NCBI GenBank assembly: GCA_037441845.1
Contig: JBBIRK010000006.1
Span: 193,406-257,405, forward strand
Reading direction: 5' to 3'
DNA from: Candidatus Zixiibacteriota bacterium
Lineage (GTDB): Bacteria > Zixibacteria > MSB-5A5 > UBA10806 > 4484-95
Length of the DNA: 64,000 bases
The stretch's first letter is position 1, and each line of letters starts with the position of its first letter. Position numbers and translations under genes: made by a program. The notes beneath the pieces are model-generated. The model was not told the DNA's origin, made no database searches, and saw nothing but the letters and a program-made list of their open reading frames with translations. Below, piece after piece: positions 1 to 11,060 of this stretch.

Positions 1-2
1 AG

Positions 3-95
3 CAGCTTGATATGGCCCTCTCCAACGACGCCGTCGCCGAGTGGTATCGAGATGAGATTCTCGAAAAACTCGGCCTGAAACCGGATAGGAAATGA
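3..95 (+). CDS. 3' end of an upstream gene (QLDMALSND...KPDRK*), product unknown
   Basis: Open frame from the window edge to TGA at 93-95, same strand as the next genes; too short to identify. Confidence 0.4.
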   Translation, partial: QLDMALSNDAVAEWYRDEILEKLGLKPDRK

Positions 96-206
96 ACGAC
101 CATGGACCACCGGCCTAAATCGTCTGCAAAATGAACCGTAACTGTCGCGAGCTCGGCGATCTCTTGTAATCGGCCGCATTCGCGCTTTTTGATCAAGGAG
201 AGACCG

Positions 207-731
207 ATGGAAAAACTAACTGCAGCCGACATAATGATACCGCTGGATAAGTACCCCCATATTCCTTATTGGTACACCCTGCGGCGCGCTATAGTGGAGA
301 TGGAAAAATCCGAAATCGATATCGGCGGAAAAAAATCTCTTCCCCGGGTCGTCTTGATTTTCGACGAGAAATACCAACTTTTGGGGATGGCGCGCCGCCG
401 CGATATCCTCAGAGGCCTCGAGGCCGAATTTTTGGATACCGGCTCGGCCGAATCGAAAGGACATGCTTTCGGGGTCAAGACCGATCCCAACCTACTGGAG
501 ATCTTCTCCGAAAAATGGATTCACGGCCTGAAAGAGCGCGCCGAACGACCGGTCAGCGACATAATGCTGCCCATAACCGCCACCGTCGAACACGACGACC
601 ATATTCTGAAAATCATCTATAACATGGTGGATAAAAATCTGAGCCTGATCCCGGTTGTCAAAGACAAACGCATCGTCGGTGTGGTACGATCGGTCGATGT
701 TTTCCATGAAGTCGCCAAGTTGCTTATGTGA
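207..731 (+). CDS. CBS-domain pair protein
   Basis: AADIMIP and VSDIMLP...LIPVVKDKRIVGVVRSVD CBS motifs; AAGGAG RBS at 195-200 favours ATG 207. Confidence 0.85.
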   Translation: MEKLTAADIMIPLDKYPHIPYWYTLRRAIVEMEKSEIDIGGKKSLPRVVLIFDEKYQLLGMARRRDILRGLEAEFLDTGSAESKGHAFGVKTDPNLLEIFSEKWIHGLKERAERPVSDIMLPITATVEHDDHILKIIYNMVDKNLSLIPVVKDKRIVGVVRSVDVFHEVAKLLM

Positions 732-760
732 TGACGTCTATAGCGAAGTTAAGGAATTGA

Positions 761-2299
761 ATGGTGTTTGGGAAAAAGAAAAAAACCGGACAGAAAATGT
801 CCGGCAAAGGTGATTTGCCGCCGCTTCCAAGCGAAGTCTATCTTGCACCGCAATCCGAACGATTCAACTGGAATCGCCTGATTTTTATCCTTCTCGGCCT
901 CTTTTTATTCGCCGTTGTCTATCTGGCGCCGCCCATGCCCAATGCGGTCGATCCCGCAGGAAAACATTTCGCCCTTATGCGCGAGGGGAAAGCGGCGATC
1001 GCCCTGTTTCTCCTGGCGGGAACTTGGTGGGTGTTCGAAGTCATTCCGATCGGTGTCACCGGAATCGCCATCGGCGTCATTCAGGCGCTGTTTCTGATCC
1101 GACCCGCCAAGGCCGCATTCACCGATTTCATGGACCCTTCGGTTTGGTTCATCTTCGGCGCCCTGGTTATCGGAAGAGTCTTCACCAAGACCGGTCTTAC
1201 TCAACGTATGGCTTATCGCATGCTGTTGATGGTCGGAGAGCGAACCAGCATGATCTCATTCGGCTGTATCGCAATGACCGCTCTGCTTACGCTCATCATG
1301 GCTCACACTGCAGTGGCCGCGACCATTTTCCCGCTTTTAATGGCGGTTTATGGACTTTATGATGAAACCGGAAAACCCTCGAAATTCGGCAAGGGCCTTT
1401 TTATCGGCATGGCTTATGTGGCCGGCGCGGGAAGTATTGTAACTTTGTTGGGTGCCGCGCGTGCCCCCGTCGCCATCGGATTCTTCAAAGACATGGCAGG
1501 AAGGGAAATTTCGTTTTTCGAATTGACATACTTCATGTTGCCGCTCGGCTGGGTCATGGTGGTTCTGATATGGGTCTTGCTGAGATTGATTTATAAACCC
1601 GAGAAGGCGAAAATCGAAGGCTTAAGGGAAAGGGTGGCGATGCTTAACGACAGGCTGGGGCCGATGTCAAGAAATGAAAAAATCTCGCTCTTGATCGTCT
1701 TCGGGGCGATCTCGATTCTCGCGCTCAGGTCGTTTATACCCGCGCTCGCCCCGCTCGATAAGAGCGCCATCATTCTGTTATCTACGGTTTTATTTTACCT
1801 TTTCGGAATTCTCGACATTAAGGATCTCGAAGAATTGCCTTGGAATATCGCGCTTCTTTTCGGCGGCGCCATGAGCATCGGTTTCTGTCTGTGGCAGACC
1901 GGTGCCGCCAGTTGGCTCGCGGTGAATTGGCTCGTGCTGTTCCAGAATGCGCACTGGCTGGTTTTCGTCCTCGGAATCGCGGTCTTCGTTATGCTGATGA
2001 CCAACTTTATCATGAACGTGGCGGCCATAGCGATCAGCCTGCCCGTAGCTCTGGTAATCGCCCAATATCTGGGAGTTGCCCCGGAAGTCGTATTCTATTC
2101 AGCCCTGGCCACGGCTGGAATGCCCTTCTTGCTGTTGGTTGGAGCAGCCCCCAACGCCATCGCCTACGAAAGCAGGCAATTCACCTCCGGCGAGTTCTTG
2201 TTCACCGGTATCCCCGCCAGCATTATTTTGACCGGGGTACTTGCTCTTTTCATTCTGGTCGTATGGCCTTTGATGGGGATGCCGATTCTCGTCCGTTGA
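761..2299 (+). CDS. SLC13/DASS family sodium:anion (sulfate/dicarboxylate) symporter
   Basis: Many TM segments; TNFIMNVAA and GAAPNAIAY hairpin motifs; LPWNIALLFGG. Confidence 0.9.
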   Translation: MVFGKKKKTGQKMSGKGDLPPLPSEVYLAPQSERFNWNRLIFILLGLFLFAVVYLAPPMPNAVDPAGKHFALMREGKAAIALFLLAGTWWVFEVIPIGVTGIAIGVIQALFLIRPAKAAFTDFMDPSVWFIFGALVIGRVFTKTGLTQRMAYRMLLMVGERTSMISFGCIAMTALLTLIMAHTAVAATIFPLLMAVYGLYDETGKPSKFGKGLFIGMAYVAGAGSIVTLLGAARAPVAIGFFKDMAGREISFFELTYFMLPLGWVMVVLIWVLLRLIYKPEKAKIEGLRERVAMLNDRLGPMSRNEKISLLIVFGAISILALRSFIPALAPLDKSAIILLSTVLFYLFGILDIKDLEELPWNIALLFGGAMSIGFCLWQTGAASWLAVNWLVLFQNAHWLVFVLGIAVFVMLMTNFIMNVAAIAISLPVALVIAQYLGVAPEVVFYSALATAGMPFLLLVGAAPNAIAYESRQFTSGEFLFTGIPASIILTGVLALFILVVWPLMGMPILVR

Positions 2300-2346
2300 T
2301 TTCGGCGCGACAGATGCGTCCGGACTACTCAAGCATGAAATTCGGC

Positions 2347-4959
2347 TTAGTTGTTTTTTAAAAACTGAATGAGGTTCGTACCCTTATTCGCGATACCGAG
2401 TTTCTTGCGGATCATTTCCCGATGTTTACTGACCGTTCCCAGCGTCAGCGACAGCGAACGGCTGATCTCTTTGGATGTATAACCGCTCTTGATCAGGCTG
2501 CAGATTTCCGCCTCGCGCGGAGTCAATTTCGAATATAATCTGCCCACGCCGCCCGCCGAAGAGGCCATCTCCTGCAATTGATTCTGGAGCAGCTTGTAAT
2601 TGGCCATGTTTACGCTGCCGTCGTTGTTCAAAATCCTTTTCAGCGTGGGCAGCAATACCCGATCGATATCGTCGGCGAGCTGCTTTTTAATTTCCTTCTT
2701 TTCTTTCTCGATAAACGACAGCACCTCTTTCAAGGCTATATTGGCCTCTATCAGCGCCTCGTGTTCTCTCGCCAATCTTTCCCTGCTGATAATCTCACGT
2801 GTTTTCTTGCAGACTATATCGATCACTTCCTCGAGAAATTCGGCCGCCGCCCGATCGGGACGAGTCCCGTCGAATGGATCATCCACCGAAAGCCACCCCT
2901 CGATATGTCCGCTGTCGTCGAGTATCGGCGAAAAGAATTCATCACCGGAACGCCATGAATTCTCTTTGCCTGCCGGATTTACCGCCTGCGGTATGAACCT
3001 GCCCGTTGCCTTGAAGTCGAAACCGGCCTCCTCAGGAATGAAGTATGATCGGCTTATCTTGAAACGTGCATCGGTTATCGCTTTCGAAATAGAAAGATCG
3101 GGCGCCGGTGCTCTCCTTGCCCTTTCCACGACCTCCTTATCGAGCCCGACTTGGCCCAAATTCGTAATTTCCCGCTTTTCGTTATGGAATGTCATCACGG
3201 CGCGGCGAAATTGTCGGCCCTCGTAGATCGCCCGACAACCCAACTCGAGACAATCATCGATAGTCTTGGCGGAACGCAGATTATTCAATAGATTCAATCG
3301 CGCCTGACCGATAATCCTGCCCTTCACCAAACCGGTGATGTCGAGAATCGCGCCGAAAGCGCCGGCATAACGGCCGTCGGAGGCGATCCTCGGCGAGGCG
3401 GATACCAGAATGGTCTTGCGGTTGCCCTTAGCCGTCTTTATCGATAATTCGTATTGTGAATTGATCCCTTTTCGACGCACCGCCGTTTGCTGTCTTATCA
3501 ATTCGAATTGGTCTTCGTCCAGATATTCCATCAGCGATTTTCCCACCATTGCCTCGGGGCTGTTTTCCTCGAAAATTCCGGCGAATGCGGGGTTGCAAAA
3601 GCTTATCACTTCGCGGTCATCGACTACGCCGAGCCCTTCGAGCACCGAATTGAATAACATGTTATAACGATGTTCGGATTCGGTGATCGCCCGCACTCCC
3701 TGCTTCTGCCGGGTGATATCGTCGGTATAAACGACGACCATATCCTCCGGCGCGTAAACATACGTGACCGCCAAGTCCTTTACCTTTCCAGTCGATTTAT
3801 AGCGGTGTTCGTATTCGCGTTTTACCGGCGATTTCTTATTGTAACATTCCCACAGATCGGCCACTATATTGGGCGAATCGCGGTATAACTCGTTTAAGGA
3901 AATTCCCAGATAATCGGAGATTTTTCCCTCGGTGATGTTCACCGCGGCATCATTGAAATCGATAAGATAAAAATCATCACACTTGAACTGCCAAGTATAA
4001 GTCGCCATCGGGAAAGCCTTGTAATGCGCCCGCAATCTTTCTTCGCTTTCCCGCAAACTTCGCTCCGCCGCGATACGCTCGGTGGCGTCGATTCCCACAA
4101 TCCAGTTGGCCCAGCCCGGTATTTGTTGAAAACCCGAGATATTCCACCACTCGATAACTCTTTTCGAACCGTCCTTCTTGCTGATCGGGCAATACCCCAC
4201 CCGATAAGCGTGATCCTCGCCGCATTTTCCTCTCAGCACCTGTTCTCGATGATCGGCTTCGACAAAGAGCATCCTCAACGCTCCTTTATTGCCGATTATT
4301 TCGTCGGCCGCATAACCGGTTATTCGATGACAGGCTTCGTTCCAGGCGATTATGTATTCCTCCCGATCGAACGCCATGATTAAAATCGGCAGATTATTGA
4401 ATATCCGCCCCAGTTTTTCCTGAAATGCGTGGTGGGATTTTTCCAGCTCCTTGCGCCGGGTTAGGTCGCGGGTCACCCCTGCGATCTCCTTTATCGTTCC
4501 GTCGGGTTCCCTGATTATAGTCAACTTTATTTCACATTCCACCAGATGCCCGCGCTTATGCTTCAACTTATACTCGAGAGTCCTGATCGTATTTTGCGCC
4601 GGGCCGTCCGCAAAAGAGCGGCTTTTCTCGTTCTCGAGTTCTCGCAAGGCGTCCGCGTATGACTCCGGCGAAAGCAGTTCCGCGATTTCCATCGCGCAGG
4701 CTTCTTCGGAAGTATAGCCGAGTAAACTATAGACCGAAGGGCTTACGAACGTGAGCCGCAAATCCGGACTTATGGTCCACAACACATCGGATAGGAATTC
4801 CAGCAGTATCGGATCGAAATTACGCCGGTCACGCGAATCGATGCCGCCTCCGTTCCAATCGCCCTTTGTCGCCTTGCCGGCATTTTCGGCTTCGTCGTTA
4901 TATGGAATGTTTTTCATTTTGCGCTCCATGTATGCGCCCGCCGGCACGGCTTGAGACAA
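2347..4959 (-). CDS. Multi-PAS, GAF-like, LuxR-HTH one-component transcriptional regulator
   Basis: Four PAS/PAC-like repeats (ending RDLT, IDAT, DDIT, LDIT) and C-terminal LTPREAEICSLIKSGYTSKEIS...HREMIRKKLG; true start may be ATG 4929. Confidence 0.85.
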   Translation of the reverse strand: MSQAVPAGAYMERKMKNIPYNDEAENAGKATKGDWNGGGIDSRDRRNFDPILLEFLSDVLWTISPDLRLTFVSPSVYSLLGYTSEEACAMEIAELLSPESYADALRELENEKSRSFADGPAQNTIRTLEYKLKHKRGHLVECEIKLTIIREPDGTIKEIAGVTRDLTRRKELEKSHHAFQEKLGRIFNNLPILIMAFDREEYIIAWNEACHRITGYAADEIIGNKGALRMLFVEADHREQVLRGKCGEDHAYRVGYCPISKKDGSKRVIEWWNISGFQQIPGWANWIVGIDATERIAAERSLRESEERLRAHYKAFPMATYTWQFKCDDFYLIDFNDAAVNITEGKISDYLGISLNELYRDSPNIVADLWECYNKKSPVKREYEHRYKSTGKVKDLAVTYVYAPEDMVVVYTDDITRQKQGVRAITESEHRYNMLFNSVLEGLGVVDDREVISFCNPAFAGIFEENSPEAMVGKSLMEYLDEDQFELIRQQTAVRRKGINSQYELSIKTAKGNRKTILVSASPRIASDGRYAGAFGAILDITGLVKGRIIGQARLNLLNNLRSAKTIDDCLELGCRAIYEGRQFRRAVMTFHNEKREITNLGQVGLDKEVVERARRAPAPDLSISKAITDARFKISRSYFIPEEAGFDFKATGRFIPQAVNPAGKENSWRSGDEFFSPILDDSGHIEGWLSVDDPFDGTRPDRAAAEFLEEVIDIVCKKTREIISRERLAREHEALIEANIALKEVLSFIEKEKKEIKKQLADDIDRVLLPTLKRILNNDGSVNMANYKLLQNQLQEMASSAGGVGRLYSKLTPREAEICSLIKSGYTSKEISRSLSLTLGTVSKHREMIRKKLGIANKGTNLIQFLKNN

Positions 4960-5192
4960 GTCAACCCAAGGATCGCCTTGCTGCGATATATCACAATTAA
5001 GATAATCGCTTTTCTTCGTTTTACAACTCTAAAATTCGGCGGCTTGCGGTCAAGCATTGTGCCCTGTATCATGTGCCCATGTCTTGGCTTGCCCGAATCA
5101 TGCCTCCGCTTCAGCTGCCAGCCGAACGATGATACATCGTACGTTTGAAATTTCGCTTGTCTAAACGATTTCTAACCCCTAATTACCCCCTG

Positions 5193-6371
5193 ATGCGATT
5201 GCAACCCGCCATGATGGGCATAGCCATTGGAGTGTTCGCGATTATGTCATGCGCCGAGCGTAATGTGCACAGCCTCCACCAGCGGGCGATCGTGGCCGAT
5301 ATGCACTGCGATACCGCTTTGAGGCTTTTGCGCGGTCACGAACTTGCCCAAGCCGATTCTGTCGGCCACGTCGATCTCGATAAACTGAAAAAAGGCGGGA
5401 TTGATTTACAGGTCTTTGCCTGCTGGATTCCCACCGATACTCCGGCCGACAGCTGCAGATCCAGAGTCGATGAAATGCTGGATACGCTTTACCGCCAGAT
5501 CGAAAAAAACGCCGACCGAATTGCTGTCTGCAAAAACGCCGCGGAGGCTTCCGCCATTATCGCCGGCGGAAAAGTGGCGGCGTTGCCCGCTATCGAAAAC
5601 GGGGTGGCAATTGAAAATAATCTCGATAATCTGGATCACTTCTATCGCCGCGGCGTTCGCTGCATGACATTGACCCATACTTCGTCGAACGATTGGTGTA
5701 TATCGTCGGCCGACACGAATCCTTCTTTCGACGGCCTTACGCCGTTCGGCCGCCGGGTCATCGAGAGGATGAACGAACTGGGGATGATAATCGACGTCTC
5801 TCATGCTCATCCTTCGGCCGTGCGCGAGGTTTTGCGGCTGTCGCGGCATCCGATAATCGCTTCCCACTCCTGCGCCCGCGGTATCTGCGACCACGACCGC
5901 AATCTCACCGACGATCAGATAAAAGCGATCGCCGCCGCCGGCGGGGTCATCGGCGTCAATTTCTTTTGCGGCTATCTTTCGCAACAATGGAGCCAGGTCG
6001 TCGATTCGTTCACCGCGGCTCATAAGGCGGAAATCGATTCGATTAGGGAACGTTATAAAAACGATCGCCGCGAGCGGCACCGGGCTATGGCCGGAATTTT
6101 CGCGGCGATGGATTCCGCCGTGGCCGGTATAAAAGTCGATGTGGCTTTAGTGGTCGATCATATCGATTATATGGTCAAACTTGTCGGCGCCGATCATGTC
6201 GGCCTGGGTTCCGATTTCGACGGTGTATACAGATTACCGCAGGGGCTTTCCGATTGCTCGATGATGCCCAACATCACCGCCGAACTTATGCGGCGCGGAT
6301 ATTCGGATACCGATATCGAGAAAATCCTCGGCGGCAATTTTATTCGCGTATTTACGGCCGTCTGCCGGTGA
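5193..6371 (+). CDS. Membrane dipeptidase (peptidase M19), probable lipoprotein
   Basis: DMHCD, IENG, IDVSH, SHS, GLGSDFDG, ILGGNF motifs; hydrophobic N-terminus ending IMSC; start uncertain (5145-5211). Confidence 0.9.
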   Translation: MRLQPAMMGIAIGVFAIMSCAERNVHSLHQRAIVADMHCDTALRLLRGHELAQADSVGHVDLDKLKKGGIDLQVFACWIPTDTPADSCRSRVDEMLDTLYRQIEKNADRIAVCKNAAEASAIIAGGKVAALPAIENGVAIENNLDNLDHFYRRGVRCMTLTHTSSNDWCISSADTNPSFDGLTPFGRRVIERMNELGMIIDVSHAHPSAVREVLRLSRHPIIASHSCARGICDHDRNLTDDQIKAIAAAGGVIGVNFFCGYLSQQWSQVVDSFTAAHKAEIDSIRERYKNDRRERHRAMAGIFAAMDSAVAGIKVDVALVVDHIDYMVKLVGADHVGLGSDFDGVYRLPQGLSDCSMMPNITAELMRRGYSDTDIEKILGGNFIRVFTAVCR

Positions 6372-6395
6372 TTGCAGCCGCACTCTTGTCGATAA

Positions 6396-7106
6396 TCAGG
6401 CTTCGCCCAGGTAGGCTTTACGCACTTCCGGGTTTATGGCTATCTCGGCGGCTGTTCCTTCCAGCCGGATGAGTCCGGTTTCGAGAACATAAGCATAATC
6501 GGCGATACTCAAAGCCATATGCGCGTTCTGTTCCACCAGCAGAATTGTGGCCTCAAGGCGGGAATTGATCTCCACTATCTTCTGGAAAATGGTCTTGACC
6601 AAAATCGGGGCGATTCCCAGCGACGGTTCGTCGAGCAGCAGCAGTTTCGGACGGGCAAGCATCGCCCGCCCCAGGCAAAGCATCTGCTGTTCTCCGCCCG
6701 ATAGCTTGCCTCCCGGCTGTTTCAGGCGCTCTTTCAGACGCGGAAACATGCCAAACACGAATTCCATGTCTTTTTCGATTTCGCCTTTGTCTCTGCGCAG
6801 ATAAGCGCCCATCGCCAGATTCTCTTTTACCGATAGATTGGCGAAAATCATCCGCCCCTCGGGACCATGTGAAATCCCCATCGCTACTATCTCGTGCGCC
6901 GGGCGATTGGTGATATCTTTGTCGCCGAAAATGATTCTTCCCTCGGCCACTTTTACCAACCCGGAAATCGCCCGTAGCGAGGTCGATTTGCCCGCCCCGT
7001 TGGCCCCAATCAGAGCGACTATTTTCTTGCGAGGGACATCGATCGAAATTCCTTTCAAGGCCTCGATCGCTCCGTAACGGACGCGGACATTTTTCAATTT
7101 CAACAT
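6396..7106 (-). CDS. livF: Branched-chain amino acid ABC transporter ATPase
   Basis: GANGAGKS, LSGGEQQM, LLLDEPSLG, LLVEQN. Confidence 0.93.
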   Translation of the reverse strand: MLKLKNVRVRYGAIEALKGISIDVPRKKIVALIGANGAGKSTSLRAISGLVKVAEGRIIFGDKDITNRPAHEIVAMGISHGPEGRMIFANLSVKENLAMGAYLRRDKGEIEKDMEFVFGMFPRLKERLKQPGGKLSGGEQQMLCLGRAMLARPKLLLLDEPSLGIAPILVKTIFQKIVEINSRLEATILLVEQNAHMALSIADYAYVLETGLIRLEGTAAEIAINPEVRKAYLGEA

Positions 7107-7879
7107 CAGTTTTCGACTCTTTCGCCGAGATATGCTTCGAGCACCGCCGGATTATTCTGAATCTCCCGCGGGCTTCCCTCGGCGATTTTGATACCGTAAT
7201 CCAACACGGCGATTCTTTCGCAGATTCCCATCACCACGCTCATGTCATGTTCGATCAACAAGATTCCGCAGCCATAGAACCCCCGCGCCCGGCGTATCAA
7301 ATTCATCAACTGATTTTTCTCGGATTGATTCATTCCCGCCGCCGGTTCGTCGAGCAATACCAGGCGCGGTCGGGAAACCATCGCCCTGACTAATTCCACT
7401 CTTCGCTGCAGGCCATAGGGAAGCGATAGAGCGGGTTCGTTCATTATCTCGCGAAGGCCAAAAAAATCGAGCGCCTCTTTTATTTCGCCGTCGATCCGCT
7501 TTTCGTACCTGTGGAATTTAGGCCCCTGAATCGTCGCCCCCATCAGGCCGTAACCCGCCTGATAATGGATTGCAGCTTGCACCGTTTGGTAAACGGTGAG
7601 CGATTTGAACAATCTTATATTCTGGAAGGTCCTCGATATCCCCAGTCGGGCGATCTGGGGAATTTTCAGCCCCAAAAGCGATTTCCCTTCGAATACGATC
7701 GATCCCGCCGAGGGTTTATAGACTCCCGTGATCAAATTGAAAACGGTCGTTTTGCCGGCACCGTTCGGTCCGATCATGCCTACTAAACATCCTCTCTCGA
7801 GTTCGAGATCGAGCTCCGATACGGCCGCCAGGCCGCCGAAATGAATGGAGCATTTTTTTATCGAAAGCAGCGTTTCCAT
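7106..7879 (-). CDS. livG: Branched-chain amino acid ABC transporter ATPase
   Basis: [37 protein letters not shown]. Confidence 0.93.
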   Translation of the reverse strand: METLLSIKKCSIHFGGLAAVSELDLELERGCLVGMIGPNGAGKTTVFNLITGVYKPSAGSIVFEGKSLLGLKIPQIARLGISRTFQNIRLFKSLTVYQTVQAAIHYQAGYGLMGATIQGPKFHRYEKRIDGEIKEALDFFGLREIMNEPALSLPYGLQRRVELVRAMVSRPRLVLLDEPAAGMNQSEKNQLMNLIRRARGFYGCGILLIEHDMSVVMGICERIAVLDYGIKIAEGSPREIQNNPAVLEAYLGERVEN

Positions 7880-7880
7880 G

Positions 7881-8849
7881 TTATCTCGCCGCGCTTGCCG
7901 TCGCTTTTTTCCTCCCGGATCCGAACGCGAATAAACCTCCGGGACGGGCGATCATGATAACCACCAGCAAGAGCGCATAAATCACCATCCGATACATCGC
8001 CACCGCCCGTAATGCCTCCGGAAGTATGGTGAGAATCAACGCCGAGAAAATCACCCCGGTTATGCTTCCCATACCGCCGATCACCACCATGACCACGATC
8101 TCGAAAGAGCGCAAAAAGCCGAATTGCGCCGGATTGATATATGTTACGAAATGAGCATAAAGCCCGCCGGCGATTCCCGCGAAAAACGCCCCGATAATGA
8201 ACGCGCTGACCTTTATCCTGGTGGCGCTTATTCCGGCGGATTCCGCCGCGATCTCGTCGTCGCGCACGGCCAAATAGCCGATACCGTATGTCGAGTGCAG
8301 CAAATTATAAAGCAGATAAATCAGCAGCGCCGCGATCGAGTAAACCCAGAAAAAATCGGTCATCTTGGCGATTCCGGTGAATCCCCGGGCGCCGCCCAGA
8401 AAATCGAGATTCTGGATTATCACTCGGATTATTTCACCCATGCCGAGAGTCGTAATGGCCAGATAATCCCCTTTCAATCGAAGCGTGGGGATACCTACCA
8501 ACAGCCCGCACACCGAGGCGGCCGCACCGCCTCCTGCCAGCGCCGGTAAAAAAACAAGCGGCGTAGGTAATCCGCCTCCGGCGCCGATTAAGCTCGTTAT
8601 CAAAGCCGAAGTGTAAGCTCCAATCGCCATGAAGCCCGCATGTCCCAGCGAAAATTGACCGGCGAAACCGTTTATCAGGTTCAAGCTCGAAGCCAGAATG
8701 ATATTGATTCCTATGTAGATAATGATCTGATAATAGTAGGGGCTTATGCTGCCTTGTAGCTTTCCCAACAGCCAGAATACCGGCAAACTCAGAATCAAAA
8801 CCGCTTTCGGTTTGTGATCCCGAATCATATTCCAGACGATACCGGCCAA
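7881..8849 (-). CDS. livM: Branched-chain amino acid ABC transporter permease
   Basis: GQFSLGHAGF, LRLKGDYLAITTLG, AVRDDEIAA motifs; start uncertain. Confidence 0.92.
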   Translation of the reverse strand: MAGIVWNMIRDHKPKAVLILSLPVFWLLGKLQGSISPYYYQIIIYIGINIILASSLNLINGFAGQFSLGHAGFMAIGAYTSALITSLIGAGGGLPTPLVFLPALAGGGAAASVCGLLVGIPTLRLKGDYLAITTLGMGEIIRVIIQNLDFLGGARGFTGIAKMTDFFWVYSIAALLIYLLYNLLHSTYGIGYLAVRDDEIAAESAGISATRIKVSAFIIGAFFAGIAGGLYAHFVTYINPAQFGFLRSFEIVVMVVIGGMGSITGVIFSALILTILPEALRAVAMYRMVIYALLLVVIMIARPGGLFAFGSGRKKATASAAR

Positions 8850-8906
8850 TTACCTTACCCCGAAATGCGAATTCTTCCGCCGTTTCCCCATCGTTTCAAT
8901 CGAGGC

Positions 8907-9812
8907 CTATACTTTCTCGGTTTCATGTCTGCGCAGTATCCCCGACGGCCGGAAAAGCAGGATCAGAATCAGTATTCCGAATGCTATCGCATCCCTGAAC
9001 GCGGGGGAGATGTAACCGGTTACGAAAGTCTCCGTTAAGCCGATTATCATCCCTCCGATCGCCGCCCCGGTCAGATTGCCGATACCACCAAGCACCGCCG
9101 CGATAAACGCCTTCAATCCCGGAAATATCCCCATAAGCGGATTTATACTCGGATAAACCGAGGCATATAATATCGCCGCCGCCGCCGCCAGGCTCGAACC
9201 CAAGACGAATGTCAACGAAATCACCCTGTCGATATTTATCCCCATCAATCCGGCCGTTTGATGATTGAATGCGACCGCTCTTATGGCGGTGCCCATGCGC
9301 GTGCCGAAAACGATGAATCGCAATATCAGCATTAACGCCAAGGCGGTCGTTATGACTATTATCGAGTTGGTGTTTATCACCAGATCGCTCGAGTCGATTA
9401 TGGCCGCCGAGGGAATCAACTCGGGGAACAACTTCGGATCGGGTCCGAAGACCAATTGGCCGCCGTATTCGAGAAAAAGCGACACGCCGATTGCCGTTAT
9501 CAGAATGGTCAGTTTCGGCCGCGAACGCAGCGGGCGATAGGCTATCTTTTCGATCGTCACCCCGAGCGCCGAACAGACGATCATCGCCGCGAGCATCACG
9601 GCCAGCCCGGCTGGAATCGTCGCCTCGCCGGTCAGAGGCATTATCAGCGGCCCCAGATAATACCCGACGAATGCGCCCACCATGAATACGTCTCCGTGCG
9701 CGAAATTGATGAAACCGAGGACACCGTAAATCATGGTGTAACCCAGGGCGATAAGGGCGTAGATACTCCCCAACGACACCCCGTTTATCACCTGTTGGAA
9801 AAATTCACTCAT
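8907..9812 (-). CDS. livH: Branched-chain amino acid ABC transporter permease
   Basis: GSIYALIALGYTMIYG, INFAHGD, AAVLGGIG. Confidence 0.93.
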   Translation of the reverse strand: MSEFFQQVINGVSLGSIYALIALGYTMIYGVLGFINFAHGDVFMVGAFVGYYLGPLIMPLTGEATIPAGLAVMLAAMIVCSALGVTIEKIAYRPLRSRPKLTILITAIGVSLFLEYGGQLVFGPDPKLFPELIPSAAIIDSSDLVINTNSIIVITTALALMLILRFIVFGTRMGTAIRAVAFNHQTAGLMGINIDRVISLTFVLGSSLAAAAAILYASVYPSINPLMGIFPGLKAFIAAVLGGIGNLTGAAIGGMIIGLTETFVTGYISPAFRDAIAFGILILILLFRPSGILRRHETEKV

Positions 9813-9822
9813 CGGATCAGGA

Positions 9823-10962
9823 TCAGGGCTGAATGATCTCCCGCAGGCTCATTTTATTGTCGTTGACCGCAATTATCACCGCCGGCTTGCGCGCGTTGCG
9901 ATCGGGCCCGATCGTGATCGTTCCGGTCACCCCCCGGAAATTCTCGGTCTTGGCCAAAGCGTCGCGGATACATTCGGGCTGGGTGTTTCCGCAACGCTCG
10001 ATCGCATCGAATAGTATCCGCCCGGCATCGTAGCCCAGCGCGGCCATGGCATCCGGCGTCTCCCCGAAAGAATTGCGATATCTGGCGACGAATTTCTGAA
10101 CCATGGTGTCGGGATCATCGGCCGTATAAGCGGTGCTGAAAAAGGTATTGTCCATCGCTTTCCCGCCGATTTCTATAAGTTTCGACGAATCCCAGCCGTC
10201 GCCGCCGATAATCGGCATGTTCATGTTCAATTCCCTGGCTTGCTTTGCTATCAGGGCGGCCTCGGTGTAGTAGCCGGGCAGAATTATCGCCTGAGGATCG
10301 GCCGCTTTCAACGCCGTCAGCTGCGCCTTGAAATCGACGTCCCCCTCGCTGTAGGCCTGGGTGGCCATGACTTCCCCTCCGAGTCGCTTGAATGCGATTT
10401 CGAAAAACTGTGCCAGGCCGATACTGTAATCGTTGCGAATATCCTTGAGCAGCGCCACCTTTCGCAGTCCAAGCGAATTGAAAGCGAACCTGGCCATCAC
10501 CTCGCCCTGAAAAGGATCGATATAACAGACACGGAAAATGAAATCTCCTTTTTCGGTCACCGCCGGGTTGGTCGATGCCGGACTGACCATGGGGATACGA
10601 TTCTGTTGGCATATCGGCGCTGCCGCCAGGCTGCGCGAGGAGGACACCTCGCCGATAATCGCCACCACGCGATCGCGGGTGATTAGTTTGGTTACCGCGG
10701 TGGCGGCCTCTTCCGGTTTCGATTGGGTATCCTCGGTGAGAAGTTTAATCGGTCTTCCGAGGATTCCTCCCGACCCGTTGACGTCTTCCACGGCCAAAAG
10801 CAGGCCGCGATGGGTCGATAGACCGAAGGTGGCGGTTGTGCCGGTCAACGAAGAGTATTCGCCGATTAAAATTTCGTCGCTTTTTTGTGATCCGCCGCAT
10901 GCGGAAAGGATGGCCAAACCGAGAATGGTCAACGAAATCATTAATTTCCCGCGATTATTCAT
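9823..10962 (-). CDS. livK: Liv-type ABC transporter substrate-binding lipoprotein
   Basis: Lipobox LSAC; SPASTNP, FRVCYID, GGDGWD; first gene of the liv operon; ligand not determined. Confidence 0.88.
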   Translation of the reverse strand: MNNRGKLMISLTILGLAILSACGGSQKSDEILIGEYSSLTGTTATFGLSTHRGLLLAVEDVNGSGGILGRPIKLLTEDTQSKPEEAATAVTKLITRDRVVAIIGEVSSSRSLAAAPICQQNRIPMVSPASTNPAVTEKGDFIFRVCYIDPFQGEVMARFAFNSLGLRKVALLKDIRNDYSIGLAQFFEIAFKRLGGEVMATQAYSEGDVDFKAQLTALKAADPQAIILPGYYTEAALIAKQARELNMNMPIIGGDGWDSSKLIEIGGKAMDNTFFSTAYTADDPDTMVQKFVARYRNSFGETPDAMAALGYDAGRILFDAIERCGNTQPECIRDALAKTENFRGVTGTITIGPDRNARKPAVIIAVNDNKMSLREIIQP

Positions 10963-10987
10963 GGTGTTCTCCTTTTCCTTTTTCCCT

Positions 10988-11017
10988 ATGATAGAAGCAA
11001 TTCAGCGACATTGTCAA
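10988..11017 (-). promoter_or_regulatory. Probable sigma70 promoter of the liv operon
   Basis: TTGACA-18 bp-TATCAT on the minus strand upstream of 10962. Confidence 0.55.
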
Positions 11018-11060
11018 GGAATGTATGATCACCGCAGATTCCGCGCCCTCGGCCGGCGAC

